A DNA stretch of 64,000 bases from assembly GCF_009914755.1 (NCBI RefSeq), contig NC_060934.1; one strand, 5' to 3'. This DNA is from the human T2T-CHM13v2.0 reference genome, Homo sapiens. Below the pieces are notes generated by a model. It searched no databases. It was not told the origin of the DNA and was given only the letters and a program-made list of their open reading frames with translations. The stretch's first letter is position 1. The number at the start of each line of letters is the position of its first letter. The position numbers were made by a program, and so were the translations under genes. Positions 12,081 to 24,689 of the stretch are shown one piece after another.

Positions 12081-13864
12081 CTCCTGGAAGGACCCTGATT
12101 GCAAATGAGGCCCCAGCTCTGTCCCTCTCATAGCAGGTTAGACCTCTCCCCTTTGACAGCAGCACTGTGGGAGGTGGGGTCACACCAGGTCTGGGCAGGG
12201 CTCTTTGTCTGGAGCTTCTCTGGAGATGTTGGTCCAATAACTCCAGGAATTGGGATTGGGTTAATAATCCAGGAATCCCCACCCCACCACAACATTCTGA
12301 GGAGTCCAGGAAATGAGACTGACTCTGGGCACCCCTGTGGGCATCCTTAGCCCCATGGCTGCACAGTGTCATCACTAGCCACCTCAGCCATTCACACCCA
12401 GTGGGCTAAACAAGGATACATTTATAGGACACGTGTCACTCACTGGGCAGGGTGGGGCTGGGGCAGAGAGGGGTATCATTTATTGTGTTAACGTGGGAGG
12501 ACCCAGTTTCGACATGACCCCACCCCACTGCACTTGGCTTCAGGGTGGATCATCTTGGTCGTCCCTTCAATAGCATTTGTGAAGTAACAGAAACTGACTA
12601 TGGAGTCATAAAGAATCAAAATGCATTTTCCTACAGAGCAAAAATTCTACAGAGAATGTGGATTTCAGGCTCAGAGGTGTCAGAGCTCATGTTTCTTGGC
12701 CTTTCCCTCATGGTGGCAAGATAGCTACTATAACTCTAGGCATCAAGTCAGCATCCAAGGCAGGAAGATGACAAAAAGATGGCAAAGGGCTATGGCAGCT
12801 ACTTCTGCCCTTTTATCAGGAAAGCAACAGGTTTCCCAGAACCACCCTCCAGAGTGCTGCTTGTGTCTCCTTGGCCAGAAGTGGCTCACGTGGGCACCCT
12901 AGCTGCAAGGGAGGTTAGAAAAAATGAGGGACAGGATTATCATGGTCAGCATATTACTTGGGGGCCAGATATATCACTTCCCACACAAAAGCAGGCCTCT
13001 GTCAGTGAGGAAGAAGTGGAGAATGGATTTGGGGTGGGCATCTGACAGCATTTGCCACACTGCCCTCCCCAATCCTAATGCAGGCCAGTCAACGCACCAC
13101 CCCCACTCCCCACCCACACTCCAACCCCCACAGTCCTAGGGTCTCTCAGGGAGACCATCGGTGGAATCCATAACATTCTAAGACCCTGCAGTTTGTAGGC
13201 AAAATCAGGCTTCCTTTGGGTCCCCAGAATAAATGGGAATTGAAGAAATGGAAAATCACCCTGGCCACAGTTAATCACCCAGAATGCATGGGCCACTATC
13301 CAAGCAATCCTTTAAAATCTTGGGATTGGTCCCCATGGCTAAAAAGAGTTTCCATCTGCTGGCCAAACCCTCTGCAGGGACCCATCCCACCCCTTGGGGA
13401 GCATAAGCATTCCCACCTCACATGTCAGCCCCTGACATTCTGGTTCTCACTGAAGCAGGGCTCAGCCCATACCAGCTCCCCGGTGAGAGCAGGAGAAGCT
13501 GGGTAGCATCCGCCCTGCTCATCCTGGTCATCACCAGCTCTGCTCCCTGAGGCCCCAGAAAACACCCTCAGGATGATTAGGACCAGGGACCCTGAGGCCA
13601 TCCATCTCCAGGGGAATATATATGGGGCTTCCTGGGCTGAACCATGATGCTTTCTTCCAGACCGTAATATAAACAGCAACAGGTACCAACTTGAAAGATG
13701 TATAGGAAAACAATTTTAAGTCGAAAAGAATCCATCCATCTTCAATTTTTCCCCCTGCTTCTCCAAGTTGGGAAAATATTGCTATCATTTGGTTTTTGCA
13801 GGGGACACCTCAGTGAAGAATTGCAGTGACCATAGGGACATAGAGAAACTAGCACTAAACCATA

Positions 13865-14165
13865 TTTATTCATTCATTCACTCATTCACTCATTCACTCA
13901 TTCATTCATTCAGCCATTGTCCCTGAATGGCCACTATGTGCCAGGCACTGGAGATACCGAAATGAAGAAAATGTGGTCTGTGGCCTGAAGAAATGAAGTT
14001 GAGTAAGGGAGGCAATGAAAACACTGGTGTGCAATGGGGCACTGAGAAGGGCTTGGGGAAGGCTTCCTGGAGGAGGTGACACCTGGGCCGAGTCTTGTTG
14101 GTCAGTCTTGGTTAGCACAGCCAAGAAAGAAGCATATTCTGGGGTTCAGCCTGCACAAAGGCTGA
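13865..14165 (-). mobile_element. L2 3' end with (CATT)n tail
   Basis: ttcattcattca... followed by cactatgtgccaggcactg. Confidence 0.7.
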
Positions 14166-16388
14166 AGAGCAAGCAATAATCAGGGATGGGTTCTGGGAGC
14201 CACAGGTGGTTTAGGCCCGGGGCTGCTTCCAAGGCCAAGGGCAGGACTCTCTATTTCCATATCCTCCCGGGACAGTGTATATGGGACTCGCCATAAGAGC
14301 TGCTCCCGCTGCCTTCTCAAGACCCCCCCTCTACTGCCTCCATGCCTGGCCGAGCCAAGGTGGGGATGGGGCAGAGCTAGCAAGCAGGGGTCCTGCAGCC
14401 CACAGTGCCTACCAGGGTAGCTTGCCTCCAAGGAGCACTGGACCCTTGAAGATTTGCTTCCACTGACCAGACCCTCAACTTTGGGCAGTAAACCCCTCAG
14501 GGTTATGAATATCCCCAAGAGCAGAGCCCTTCTCTGCCTCTGGGCAGATTTCACTGGATGCGTGTATGAGGAAGGAGCATTGTCCCAGCCCCTCCTAGAG
14601 CAACCAGAGACCTGAGCAGCATGCAGCCAACCACCCTGAGATTCCAGGAATGGCTGCCACAGTCTAATGGGTGAGACAGCAGCTGCTACCCTGCATAGAT
14701 CCATCCAGAGAAAGCCAGCAGGCCCACTTGCCATCCTTTTACTCCCACTGCAGTTATCTGCCTGGCTTCAAAATGGCCTTCACTGGCTCAGGACCAACCT
14801 TGCTGGAGGACAAGGGCATGAAAGATTCATTCATTTGTTCATCCAACACCAAGTATGTGTTATGTGTGAGGCCTGTAGTACAGGCTAGGACACCAGAGAT
14901 ACATCAGGCACAGGTCTGCCCTCCAGGAGCCTACGGTCTGGCAGGGGAAGGCACATGTACTGGAGAGCTGACACTGTGATGTGGTAGAGTGCTAGGAGCC
15001 TGGAAGCCAGGGCAGGTTTTCTGGAGGAAGCATCATTTGCATCCCTGTTTTGAAAGATGTGGCTCCCTAAGCAGGGGGCCTGAGATTTGGCTGCTAAGAC
15101 CCTCCCCAGAGCCAAGAGAAATTCTCTGAGTCCCTCCAGCTCTACTTTTCTCCCTGAGACCCTCGTCCCCCCAGGTTCCTGAGAGCTGGACATTCCTGCA
15201 AACAGCCTAGGCCACCCCCATCCGGCCTCAGCCCATATCACCCGAACTCGGAACAGCTGTGCTGCAAGGGGTATCTGGGCCAGACCCAGGCCCGCCACAC
15301 AATGGTGTGCCACTGGCCGGGGGAGTCATTGTGGAGCCTCAGCCCCTGCCTAGCTCCAGGCCATGGGAAGACAGGCCAGGCTTGGGGGAGGGGTTTAAGT
15401 GGTTGTCAGGGAGGCCCCTGCAAAGGAAGAGCTGGGCCCAGGGAGGAAGGGCGGAAGGTAACTGGGAGGTCAGGAGTTAGCCCAACCTCAGAGGCACTTG
15501 GCAGTGGGGTGGAGAGGGAGGGAGGGCCTAACTGTGGCCTCCCTGCCACGTGAATTGCAGCCAACCGATACTACTATTCCAGATAAGAAGCCCTGGCTTC
15601 TCAGGCTGGTGAGGACCTGCAGAAGTCACCTATCCAGGCAGAAGGACAGAAATCTCCCACCGCCCCCTTCTGGTATGCAAGTCCCCAGCAGCGGCCCCGT
15701 GACGGTCTATGAGCTGGGGACACTGCTCTTGGCAGTACACCTCATGTCTTTAGAGCAGAGGCCCCTTCTGTTTATTAGACTTGGACCCTGCTATTGTGAA
15801 CTCTGCTTCCCCTGGCTTGAGATCAGAAGGTCCCAGCCTGGCCCTCACCCTCTGTGGCACCAAGAAGGCTGGCCTTCCCTGACCCAGCACAAGTACATCC
15901 AGACCCTTCCCTTGGCCTGGCTTCTTGAGGGATGTTCCACAGCTGCCCAGATGCTCCACATACAACTGGCTAAGTTCCTCCAAGAGACCCTGGGGCTCAG
16001 CTGCTGAGGGTTTCTCCCTTCCCCATCCCCTAATGCAAGCAAGAGGGGTGCATGGGCCACTGTGCCTATCAGGAGTCCTCTAGCTCCACAGTTGGCAGGC
16101 AGAAAAGGGAGTGGCAGGAGCTGATATGGAAGGAGCCTACCCATCAGCAGCAGCGTCTTCTGGACCCAGAAGAAGGCCCAGGCCAGGGCAGGCAGAGCAC
16201 AGATAGGAACGTTTCTGGTGTGCAGTACAGTGGAGCCCTGGACCTGTGGGCACAAGTTCATCTCCCAGAGCCCTTGTATGTGCTCTAAGCAAGTCCAAGG
16301 TGAAGGCCAAGCCAGGCCCTGGCCCATAATACCAATCCATTCAGTGAGGAGGAAGCAGGAGACCCAGGGTTTAGTCGTAGTTCCACCG

Positions 16389-16394
16389 TTTACT
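16389..16394 (-). terminator. Candidate distal VSIR poly(A) signal AGTAAA (variant hexamer)
   Basis: TTTACT on + strand, with ACTAAA ~20 nt further downstream; position fits the recalled mRNA length. Confidence 0.5.
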
Positions 16395-18104
16395 TGTTTT
16401 GACAAGACACAGACCTTTCAGAACCTCTATTGCCCTCTGTGTTAAATGGCAGCAATAAAACCTCCCAGGATTTTCAGGGAAGGGGGTGGATCAAACAAGT
16501 TACAACACATGTGAAAGTGTGTTGGAAAGCACCAAGTATTCTAACAGAAAAGGCCAAGAAACAGCATGCATGCTGCCACTTCCCTCTCCCGTGCCCAAGG
16601 CAGACATGGCTATCTATCTCGGCACTGTCTCACCAAGCTATATTGATCATTCAGAATCCCTCTCAACACATTCCAGGATAGTTAGGGTGACATAGCCTCC
16701 ACGGGGTGAAGAGAAGCAGCAATGCAAAGCAGGGAATGCCCAGGGAATGGGCCAGGTGGCCTGTGCCGTCTATGGGCTGGGCCTCATGCTCAGCTGGGCT
16801 GTGGCTGGGCTTCAAGAGGCCTTTGTTCCCAGCATCCTGGTTAGCAACCCCAGTTCCTCTTTCGTGCATTGTGGTTCCCTGAGAAAACGTTAACCCAGCC
16901 CCCAGCACAGTCAGGCCAGCCCTGGGGAAGGCCTCATTCATGAGGCAGGACCCCAGGGGCCAAGTTGGTGCTCGGTGGTGGCAGGACCCCTGCAGCCCCC
17001 TGTCCCACTGCACACTCCCAAGTCCACCCCGCGAGGAGCACCCCCTGAAAAAGGCCATGTATCAGCCCCTCTGCCCTGGGCCACTGCATGTAGTGGGAGC
17101 TCTGGTCAGGCAGAAGTCTTTTGAAAAGCAGGTCCTGGGGCTCCTGCACCTCCACCCCAGCGCCCATCGCCACGGACTCCCCCAGGCAGGGCCAGCCTGC
17201 CCACCAGCAGTCACCAGTGGCCTCCATGGTGTGTTTTTAGGGAGTGCTGAGCAGTCCCCGCTGTGTCAGCAAAACCCTCCAAATGGTGCTTTCAATTCCA
17301 TTCCTTCAGCCTCTCCCTGGGAGGGAATAAAGGCAGGAAGTCTCTATTAAACTGTGAATGTCAGGAGATAGGTAAGATGGCCCCTAATTCCTGATTGATC
17401 TCCTAACAATGAATTAGTTCTTAAAAGCATGGATTTCCCTCTCAGGGCCTCAGACTGTGCCACGAATCCAGCGCTCCAGGAGCCTCCTGCCCCAGCCCCT
17501 AGTGCTCCTCCCGCCCCCTGGAGGCGCCATGTTCTCGCACCCAGCTCTCCCATGCACCCCAGCCCACAGCCACCAGGGCTGGCATCAGAGGCACTACCAT
17601 CCCGGGCAACTCAGAGGGCGGCTCCAGCAGCCTGCCCCTCCCCAGCAGCAGCAGGGAGGGACGTCCCTAGTGCGTTGTAGGCAGGGCCTGTGGCCATGGA
17701 TGAAGATGGAACTGGGAGCTCAGAGTAAATTTCGCTGAAAACAGGAAACCACGAAGCCCAGATGCGTTCAGTTGTAAAAGGGTCCAGAGAAGAGAGGGCA
17801 GGGCCGCACCAGAGGAAGCTGAGGAGGAAGTGCGGTGGCTGTTCTGCTGCGGGCCGCCTCCCTCTCCACACAGCAGCAGCCAGGCCTGGGGTCTGGCAGC
17901 CAAATTCTTAGAAGTTGTCTCTGCCTCAAGGTCAGCAGCTGAGGGCTGGGGCCAGGCCAGCCTCCCCAGAGGGCAGGGCATGCTCTTCCTGAGTTGGGAG
18001 AACCGGAATCTGGGCTGTGGGCTTGTCCTTCGACTCCAGGAACAGCAGGTGTCCTGTCCCCACTCCTGCCATGCAGGCCCCCATGAATTGTGAAAAACAT
18101 ACCC

Positions 18105-18285
18105 TCTTTCCTTCTTTCTTTCTTTTTAAAATTTGTTTTGAGGCAAAGTTTTGCTCCGTCCCCAGGCTGGAGTGTAGTGGCTCGAACACAGCTCACAGCA
18201 GCCTTGAACACCTGGGCTTAAGCGGTCCTTCCACCTCAGCCCTGCAAAGTGCTGGGAGGACAGGTGTGTGCCACCATGGCCAGCC
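18105..18285 (-). mobile_element. Old Alu monomer in the VSIR 3' UTR (sense to VSIR)
   Basis: ccaggctggagtgtagtgg...aaagtgctggga...gccaccatggccagcc. Confidence 0.85.
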
Positions 18286-20066
18286 AGCACCCTCTTCCTA
18301 TGGCAGCTGGCATCAAGCATTGTGGTGACCAGAGGGAACAAAAGAAGGGACCCCCCTCTGCCTAGGGACAAGGGAGAAGCCGGGGTTTGGGCATATTCTG
18401 GCCACTCGAGGTGTCAGCCCCATCTCCGGGCCTATGTTTACCCTCTCCTCAAAGCCCCTGGCCCAGCCCAGGCAGAGCAGGAGGCCCTCAGTGGACCATT
18501 CCTTTGGGCCTAACTGGGGGGCTTAGAAGCAGGGCCATGTGTCCAGGTGGGGTTCCCTGGCTGTAGCCACAGGCCCAGGGCTCACTGCTGCCAGGCAGCC
18601 TAGAGGTGCTCCCCTTTTCCATCCCCCCAACCCCCCAAGCAATTGGGCGAACATCTTCCCGCCTAGCCCCAAATCCTGGCTTTCAGCACCCAGGCCCAGC
18701 TCAGCAGAGCCAGTGTAGGCTGCTAGGAGACAAATGCCCAGGCTGGACTATGCTCTCCACAATACCTGGGGCCCCCATCCTGCTAAACGCTACAGGGGGT
18801 CTGCCCAGCCCCACCTCACCTGCCCCCATGCTCAGGCACTGCCTTCCCTGTTTTACCCCCAGAGTGTACAGAGATGCCCCCTACTCTCCTCCCCTGCTTT
18901 AAAATCCTTCAATCACAATTCCACAGAGGACTCACCTTGCCTATGTGTATAAAAACAAAGCCAGGGCATGCCCACAAGCAGGAGATGGGAACATCACCCG
19001 CACCTGGCCGAATGGCTCTGAAGCGAAGACTCCACCAGGCCCAGATTGTATGGAGTGGAAGGTGGGGGTGGGGGAGGAGCAGCAGAGTGCAGATTTAAAC
19101 TGGCTCTTACAATCCATCTCCAGGGTTTGCACCTGTTTCCCCATGTAGTTTTTAATAGCATCCCGCTTCATACTCAGAAGTGTCCCAGGGTGGACAAGAC
19201 ATTGTGTGGCACCCTTGCAATGGCCCGCGCTGAGCAGTGGGAGTAGGGGATGGGGAGGGCGGGGGGCAGGTGCCCCTCTCCACTCACCTTCCCAGAAGGC
19301 CCCACCCACCTCCCTCAGCACCATCTCCAGTGGGTGGGGCAACATCTGTCCTGGCCTCAGATTGCCCAAGACACCATTTGCTCACGGAGGCCACCATGCC
19401 CCAATATGTACTTCCCGTTTCGGGACCACCAAGCTCTGGGGACTGGAATGCAGGCAGTGGAAGCCCCAGATTGACTTAACCTGTTGACAGATCTTCAGAG
19501 AAACTGCTGGTAGGAGGCAGCTGGGGAAGGTGGCGATGGCCAGTGGGCAGGCAGGCCTGGCCCCAGAGCCACTGTGGTACAAAGAGGAAGTCTGACAGAA
19601 GAGCAGCCTCGGGCAAAACGGGGGAGCCAAGGCGGCCACGGGGGAGAAGTCTCTCCACCGTGCCCTGTGTCTGGTGCCTGGGAGGGTGGCCCAGTGTCCA
19701 TCTTGTCCCACTGATGCTGCCACATCCCAAGGCTCATGTCTCAGAACGAGAGCTGCTGAAGGGCTGGACGTTCTGAGACTTCTTAAGATGTAAGTCATTT
19801 GGCATCTGTAGCTGGTGAATTTCAGGTCTCTAGGGGAGAATCTCAGCACCCCAAAATCCTTGGAACAGGGGCTGAGCCGTCCAGCATCCCCATGTAGCAT
19901 CCAGAGGGGTTGAGGGGCTGGGCTTCTGGGATGTCACAGTATCTGAGCCCAGAGCAGGAGGGAGGGAACCAGGGCCGAGGCCAAGGAGGCCACTCACAGA
20001 GCCAGCCCTGGCTCAAATGCACCTGCCCCAGACCCAGCCACAACAGCCCACTGTCCCCCAGCTGGG

Positions 20067-20104
20067 CTAGATGACCTCAAAGTTTGGAGAGTCAGGGACA
20101 GGGT
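20067..20104 (-). CDS. VSIR: VSIR exon 7, coding part (D)PVPDSPNFEVI*
   Basis: ttcttgcag|AC; TAG stop at 20069-20067. Confidence 0.96.
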
Positions 20105-20126
20105 CTGCAAGAAAAGGAGAAGCAAA

Positions 20127-20398
20127 GTGAACGGGGCCCCTCTGCCCCTCACCCTCAACCCCACCCCGTGAGGCCGTGGAACTCTTCAGGGAGGTGAATG
20201 GGGGCCCCTCTGTCCCTCACCCTCAACCCCACCCCGTGAGGCCGTGGAACTCTTCAGGGAGGTGAATGGGGGCCCCTCTGTCCCTCACCCTCAACCCCAC
20301 CCCGTGAGGCCGTGGAACTCTTCAGGGAGGTGAATGGGGGCCCCTCTGTCCCTCACCCTCAACCCCACCCCGTGAGGCCGTGGAACTCTTCAGGGAGG
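20127..20398. repeat. Minisatellite, 68-bp unit x4, near-identical copies, in VSIR intron 6
   Basis: GTGAGGCCGTGGAACTCTTCAGGGAGG recurs at 20168, 20236, 20304 and 20372 (exact 68-bp period). Confidence 0.97.
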
Positions 20399-20481
20399 GC
20401 AGGGAGTGAGGCCGATGCCCTGCAGGCCATGAGGTCATGACCTTACAGGTCATCGTGCTGTGAAGGTCAGGAAACACTTAC

Positions 20482-20675
20482 CCAGGGATGGGAAGAAGAC
20501 GTCTCCGGGGCCTGGAGGAGACAGGGGGGTGCTGGGCTCCGAAAGCAGATGCCGCCCAGACTCAGAAGGCTGCCGCTGGGCCACATAGGACAGGGGGTGC
20601 CTGACTTTGGCCTCGGGTATCCCCTGGGCAGGTGGTGAGGCTTCAAAGCCGGGGTTTTCAATCCCTTGAATGTTG
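20482..20675 (-). CDS. VSIR: VSIR exon 6 (194 bp), cytoplasmic tail [15 protein letters not shown]...GDVFFPSL
   Basis: gtggcag|C ... CTG G|gtaagt. Confidence 0.97.
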
Positions 20676-21788
20676 CTGCCACAGAACCAGAATGGAAGGT
20701 CATCTGTGCTGTCCGGAGCGTGAACTCTGCCCTCCCTGCCCCCAGTTTTTCTCTCCTCCCTTTCTCTCACCTACATCCCCATCCCCAAGCCTCAGCAGCA
20801 TCTCCAAGCAAGAAGGCAGGAGCCAGGCCCACAGAGCAAAGGCCATGGGCTGCACCTGCCCACCTGTCCTGAGCTGAGGGCATCAGGGCCCACCAGAACA
20901 GACCCCAGCTCCTCCCTGTGGTCTGACCATCAACCCCGGGCACAGCCAGGAAGCCAAAAATCACAGACACTTCTAGAACTTCAGCCTCAGGAATTTGGGG
21001 ACAAGTTTCTCTTTGGTCAATAGAGTTGATGGCATTAGGATCGAACATCCCCAAAGCCTGTCTTGAGCTGAGGGGAGGGGTTCTCTTCTCTTCCCAGTTG
21101 GGAGTGGGATAACTTCTGAAGACCCCTGCAACTCTTAGATTCTAGATGAGTTGCAAGCAGGACTTCCTTCAACCTGTCTTGAAGATCATCCCTTTCAAAC
21201 ACCTAGAGGAGCTTTGTGTTTGGTGTTGCAGGTACCGGGGCAGGAACTTGGGTTCCCTGAACACACCCTCCAGGCCAGGCTGCATGGCAGCTTCCTGCCC
21301 AGAGCACACCAATACACAGTCCCCATCCCCTCTGCCCCTAGACCCAGCCCACTGCACCACTCTGGGACCCCTCAGCCTCTGCCCTTGTGGCCTGCAGCGG
21401 CCTAACAGCTTTCTCCTTGGAGTTCTCTGCGGGCAGGAGGCACAGCTCAAGGGCTGTGGCTGGGGCTGGGCCCGCTGGCCTCCTTTGCATGTCTCACTGT
21501 CTGCCCCAGACAGTGCTTCCTCCCTGTCCCCATCCTGGCCCAGGCTGACCACTGAGACCCGAAGGTGGGTGCATGACACATCTGAGCAGAATCAGAGCTC
21601 AGCCTGCTGAGTCGGGGTGGCAGGAGAACAGCCAATCTGCACAGATGTGCAGGCTTCAGCAGCAGATGGCAGAGGCTCTTCTGACCAGCTGCTCTAGGCA
21701 GCTAAACAGGGCCCCTACTGCACAGAAGTATCTCTTCCTGGATAGCCGGCCCAGGAAGTTTTCTCAAGAAGGTCTCCATGGGCCTTAC

Positions 21789-21816
21789 CTGTCCATCCGC
21801 ACCAGCTCCTGGGCAC
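21789..21816 (-). CDS. VSIR: VSIR exon 5 (28 bp): (R)AQELVRMD(S)
   Basis: gtccctag|GT ... GAC AG|gtaagg; bridges the phases of exons 4 and 6. Confidence 0.94.
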
Positions 21817-24174
21817 CTAGGGACAGACAGACAGAGAAGCTGGTCATGGAAGGGAAGGCTTCCCCATACAACATCCCTGCCCCTGCTGGCAGATGCCCTG
21901 CAGGGAACAGGAGCGAGCCCAGGAGGGCCCTGCACAGCTCCGGACTCCATTTCTTTTCACATGGGTGCTGTCCAGCAGCGATCTGCGTGTCTGTCCAGCA
22001 GATGGGGCCTCCATGAGGGGCCCATTTTGACGACTGATAAATGAAACTCTATCTGCATTTTCCAGGAGTGTAAGAACGCTATCTGCCATCAGGAGACCAA
22101 AGGCAGCCAGCGCTTTCTCCTATGGCTTGACTTACACAGTGTCAGACCTTCAGGATTTAAGTATCGAGCAAAGGTCAACTCTTGAATTTGCTAACTGGTG
22201 TCTCTTGTTTGAACATTTGCCAGGTTCTGGTCTTTAGCCATGACTTACTGGGTGGGAGTGTTTAAGGTCAGTTCCTAATTAGAGGGCTCCTGGTCCTCTC
22301 TGTCCTATCCCCTACATTGCCTAATAGGGTGGCATTCTAGGGGACATCTCTCAGGGAAACCTTACAAGGTGCAAGTCCCCGATCACTTCCCAGCCACTTC
22401 ACTCACTTTCTGCTTCTCATCCAAGTTGCTGCCGCTTGCCTCAGCCTTGGGACACCCCACCCCCCAAACTGGCCACCAATTAGATGCAGTGACCCCAACT
22501 TCCCTCTTTCATGCAGCACCCCATGTCCTCCCACAGATGCTTCTCGTTTTAAGGAGATTTACTGCTGATTACGATGGGGAAACAGATGGTGGGGGAGGGG
22601 CACAACAACAGAACAAACACAGGGAAGTTACCCAAAAGTTCCTGAAATCTATTCAAACCATGGCTATTGCTTACAGCCGACTCATGGGTCAGGCTTCGTG
22701 CAGGTGCACACGGGTATTCCCTCATCTCATCCTCTGTGCCACCCTTTGGGGTGAGGGTTGTTGGTCCCATTTTAGAGCTGGGGAAACTGAGGCTCAGTCC
22801 AAAGCAGGATGGAAATCCACACCTGTTGGCCTCTCCAGCAAACTGCCGTCCTCAAGGCTCCCAGCCCTTTCCTTTTCTTTTTTTCCTGAGAGTGCCTCAT
22901 TCCTGAGCAGGCTCTCTGGGCCAGCCTTCCACCAGGGAGGGCACAGCAACACCTGCTCCCCCTGCCCTGCTGCCCAGCGTTGCTCTTCTGTTCCAAGCCC
23001 TTTACCTGCCCCCACCCACCCCCAGCCATGGGTATTCCTGCAGGTAGGTTGTGGTGTGTTCTAGGAGAGGAATAGGGGAGTTCTGAAAGCAAGGGTGAGG
23101 TGGCCACAGCCCCCGAGTGACCCACCATAGTGGGTCTTCACGTGGGGGCCCCCGGGAATGAGGGGAGGGAGGGATGACAAGTTGTTAAGGGCCGGCCACA
23201 GGAAATAAGTTGCGAGCCAAAAGCCACCTGGCACCAGAGCAATCCTTTCTCAGTTACCTCTGTAGCCAGGCAGACGGGAAGAGGCCAGGGAGGGGAGGCA
23301 AGGGTAAAAAACTCCCTAGCCCCTTCTTGGAGGACTCAGACTAACCAAGACTCAAGGGCAGGGTCAGGAACTAGGCAAGGGGCACTGTCACCTGGCCAGG
23401 GTGGGAGGTGAAAGATGTTTGTGCCCATGACTTAAAGCCCAGCCCCACCACTTATTTGCTGTGTGGTTCCTTAGGCAAGTTACTTAACCCCTCTGTGCCT
23501 CCGTTTGCCCATCAGTAAAATGGGGACAATGGTAGGACCAAATTCTTGGACTTGCAATGAGGAGTAAGTGAGAGCATTTTTATTATATGGTGGACTTCTA
23601 TTCCCTGGAAAGAGCATGCGTTGAAAGCTCTGAGATTGAGTCCTAGCTCTGCCACTTACTAAGTTACGTAACATTCAGTCAGTTATGTAACCCCACTGAT
23701 CTTAGCCTTCTCATCTGGAAAAAGAAAGGGTTGAGCTAAGTTGTCTGTAAGACCCCTTCCACTTCTGATATTCCAAAGATCATTTTTTGTCCCAACAATT
23801 GCTACTAATTACAAAACAAGCACGCCCATACCTTAAACAGGTCCCCCAAGGATCTCTGAGTGGCAGCAACTTGCTTTTATAAAGCAACTTGAGCTACTGC
23901 ATATGATCATTCATTCAGAAGACATGTATTGAGTGCCGAGCCAGCACTGCCTGGGAGCCAAAGGGGCTGCTGGGCACTTGGCCCCCGGAAATGGCATGCC
24001 TCCTTTCTCTCGGCCATTTCGCCCAGCTCCTGGCGGGAAGTGCAGCTGCTCCCAACTCTCAAATGAAAAGGAATTGTGCCTGCATCGTGCCTTTGCGAAT
24101 CCCAGGGGCTGAACTGGGGGCTGGAGCAGGTCACTCGCACCGTCCACCCACCCCAGGCAGGTAGGAATACTCAC

Positions 24175-24282
24175 GGCGGTTGGAGGCTGCCTGCCTTTGC
24201 TTGTAGACCAGGAGCAGGATGAGGGGGAGGCAGAGGATTCCTACGATGCAGGCACCCGTAGCCAGGGCTGCAGCCGTGATGT
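24175..24282 (-). CDS. VSIR: VSIR exon 4 (108 bp), transmembrane segment (N)[35 protein letters not shown]
   Basis: ctttcag|AC ... CGC C|gtgagt; hydrophobic helix followed by basic residues. Confidence 0.97.
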
Positions 24283-24689
24283 CTGAAAGGGCAGAGAGGT
24301 AGCCAAGGTGAAGCCCCATTCCCATTGCTCCTCCTGAGCATAAACTGAGGCTCAGAGAGGGAAGGCCAGGAAGCAGGAGACCCGCCTTTCCCCAGAGTCC
24401 CACAGCTAGACCCCCAGCAACCTACAGAGGCATGGAAGATAAGGCGGTTCTCCTTTCAAAGAGAGCCCTGTGCCTGCCGCCCTATGCCCCTGGAGCACTC
24501 AGAAACAAGACCTGTCACCTACAGCTCAGGCAGCTCCAGGCAAGAGAGGGAACAGAGTCCTCATCCCAGCCCACAAGGTACAGCTGGAACACCCTTGGCT
24601 ACAGGTTGTTCTCTGAAAAGGGAGAGCAGGGCCTTCGCAGACCCCATGCCACAGAGCTCAAGGTCAAAAGAAGCCTAAGTGATGAAAGT

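Larger units (their letters stand above)
16370..20066 (-). other. VSIR: VSIR 3' UTR (~3.7 kb, distal end approximate)
   Basis: Follows the stop codon. Variant poly(A) signals ATTAAA (19156-19151) and AGTAAA (16394-16389). Length agrees with the ~4.7-kb mRNA I recall. Confidence 0.65.

Noticed and set aside
20127-20398. Regular repeat considered as a CRISPR-like array
   Set aside because: Head-to-tail identical units with no unique spacers, in human intronic DNA; it is a minisatellite.
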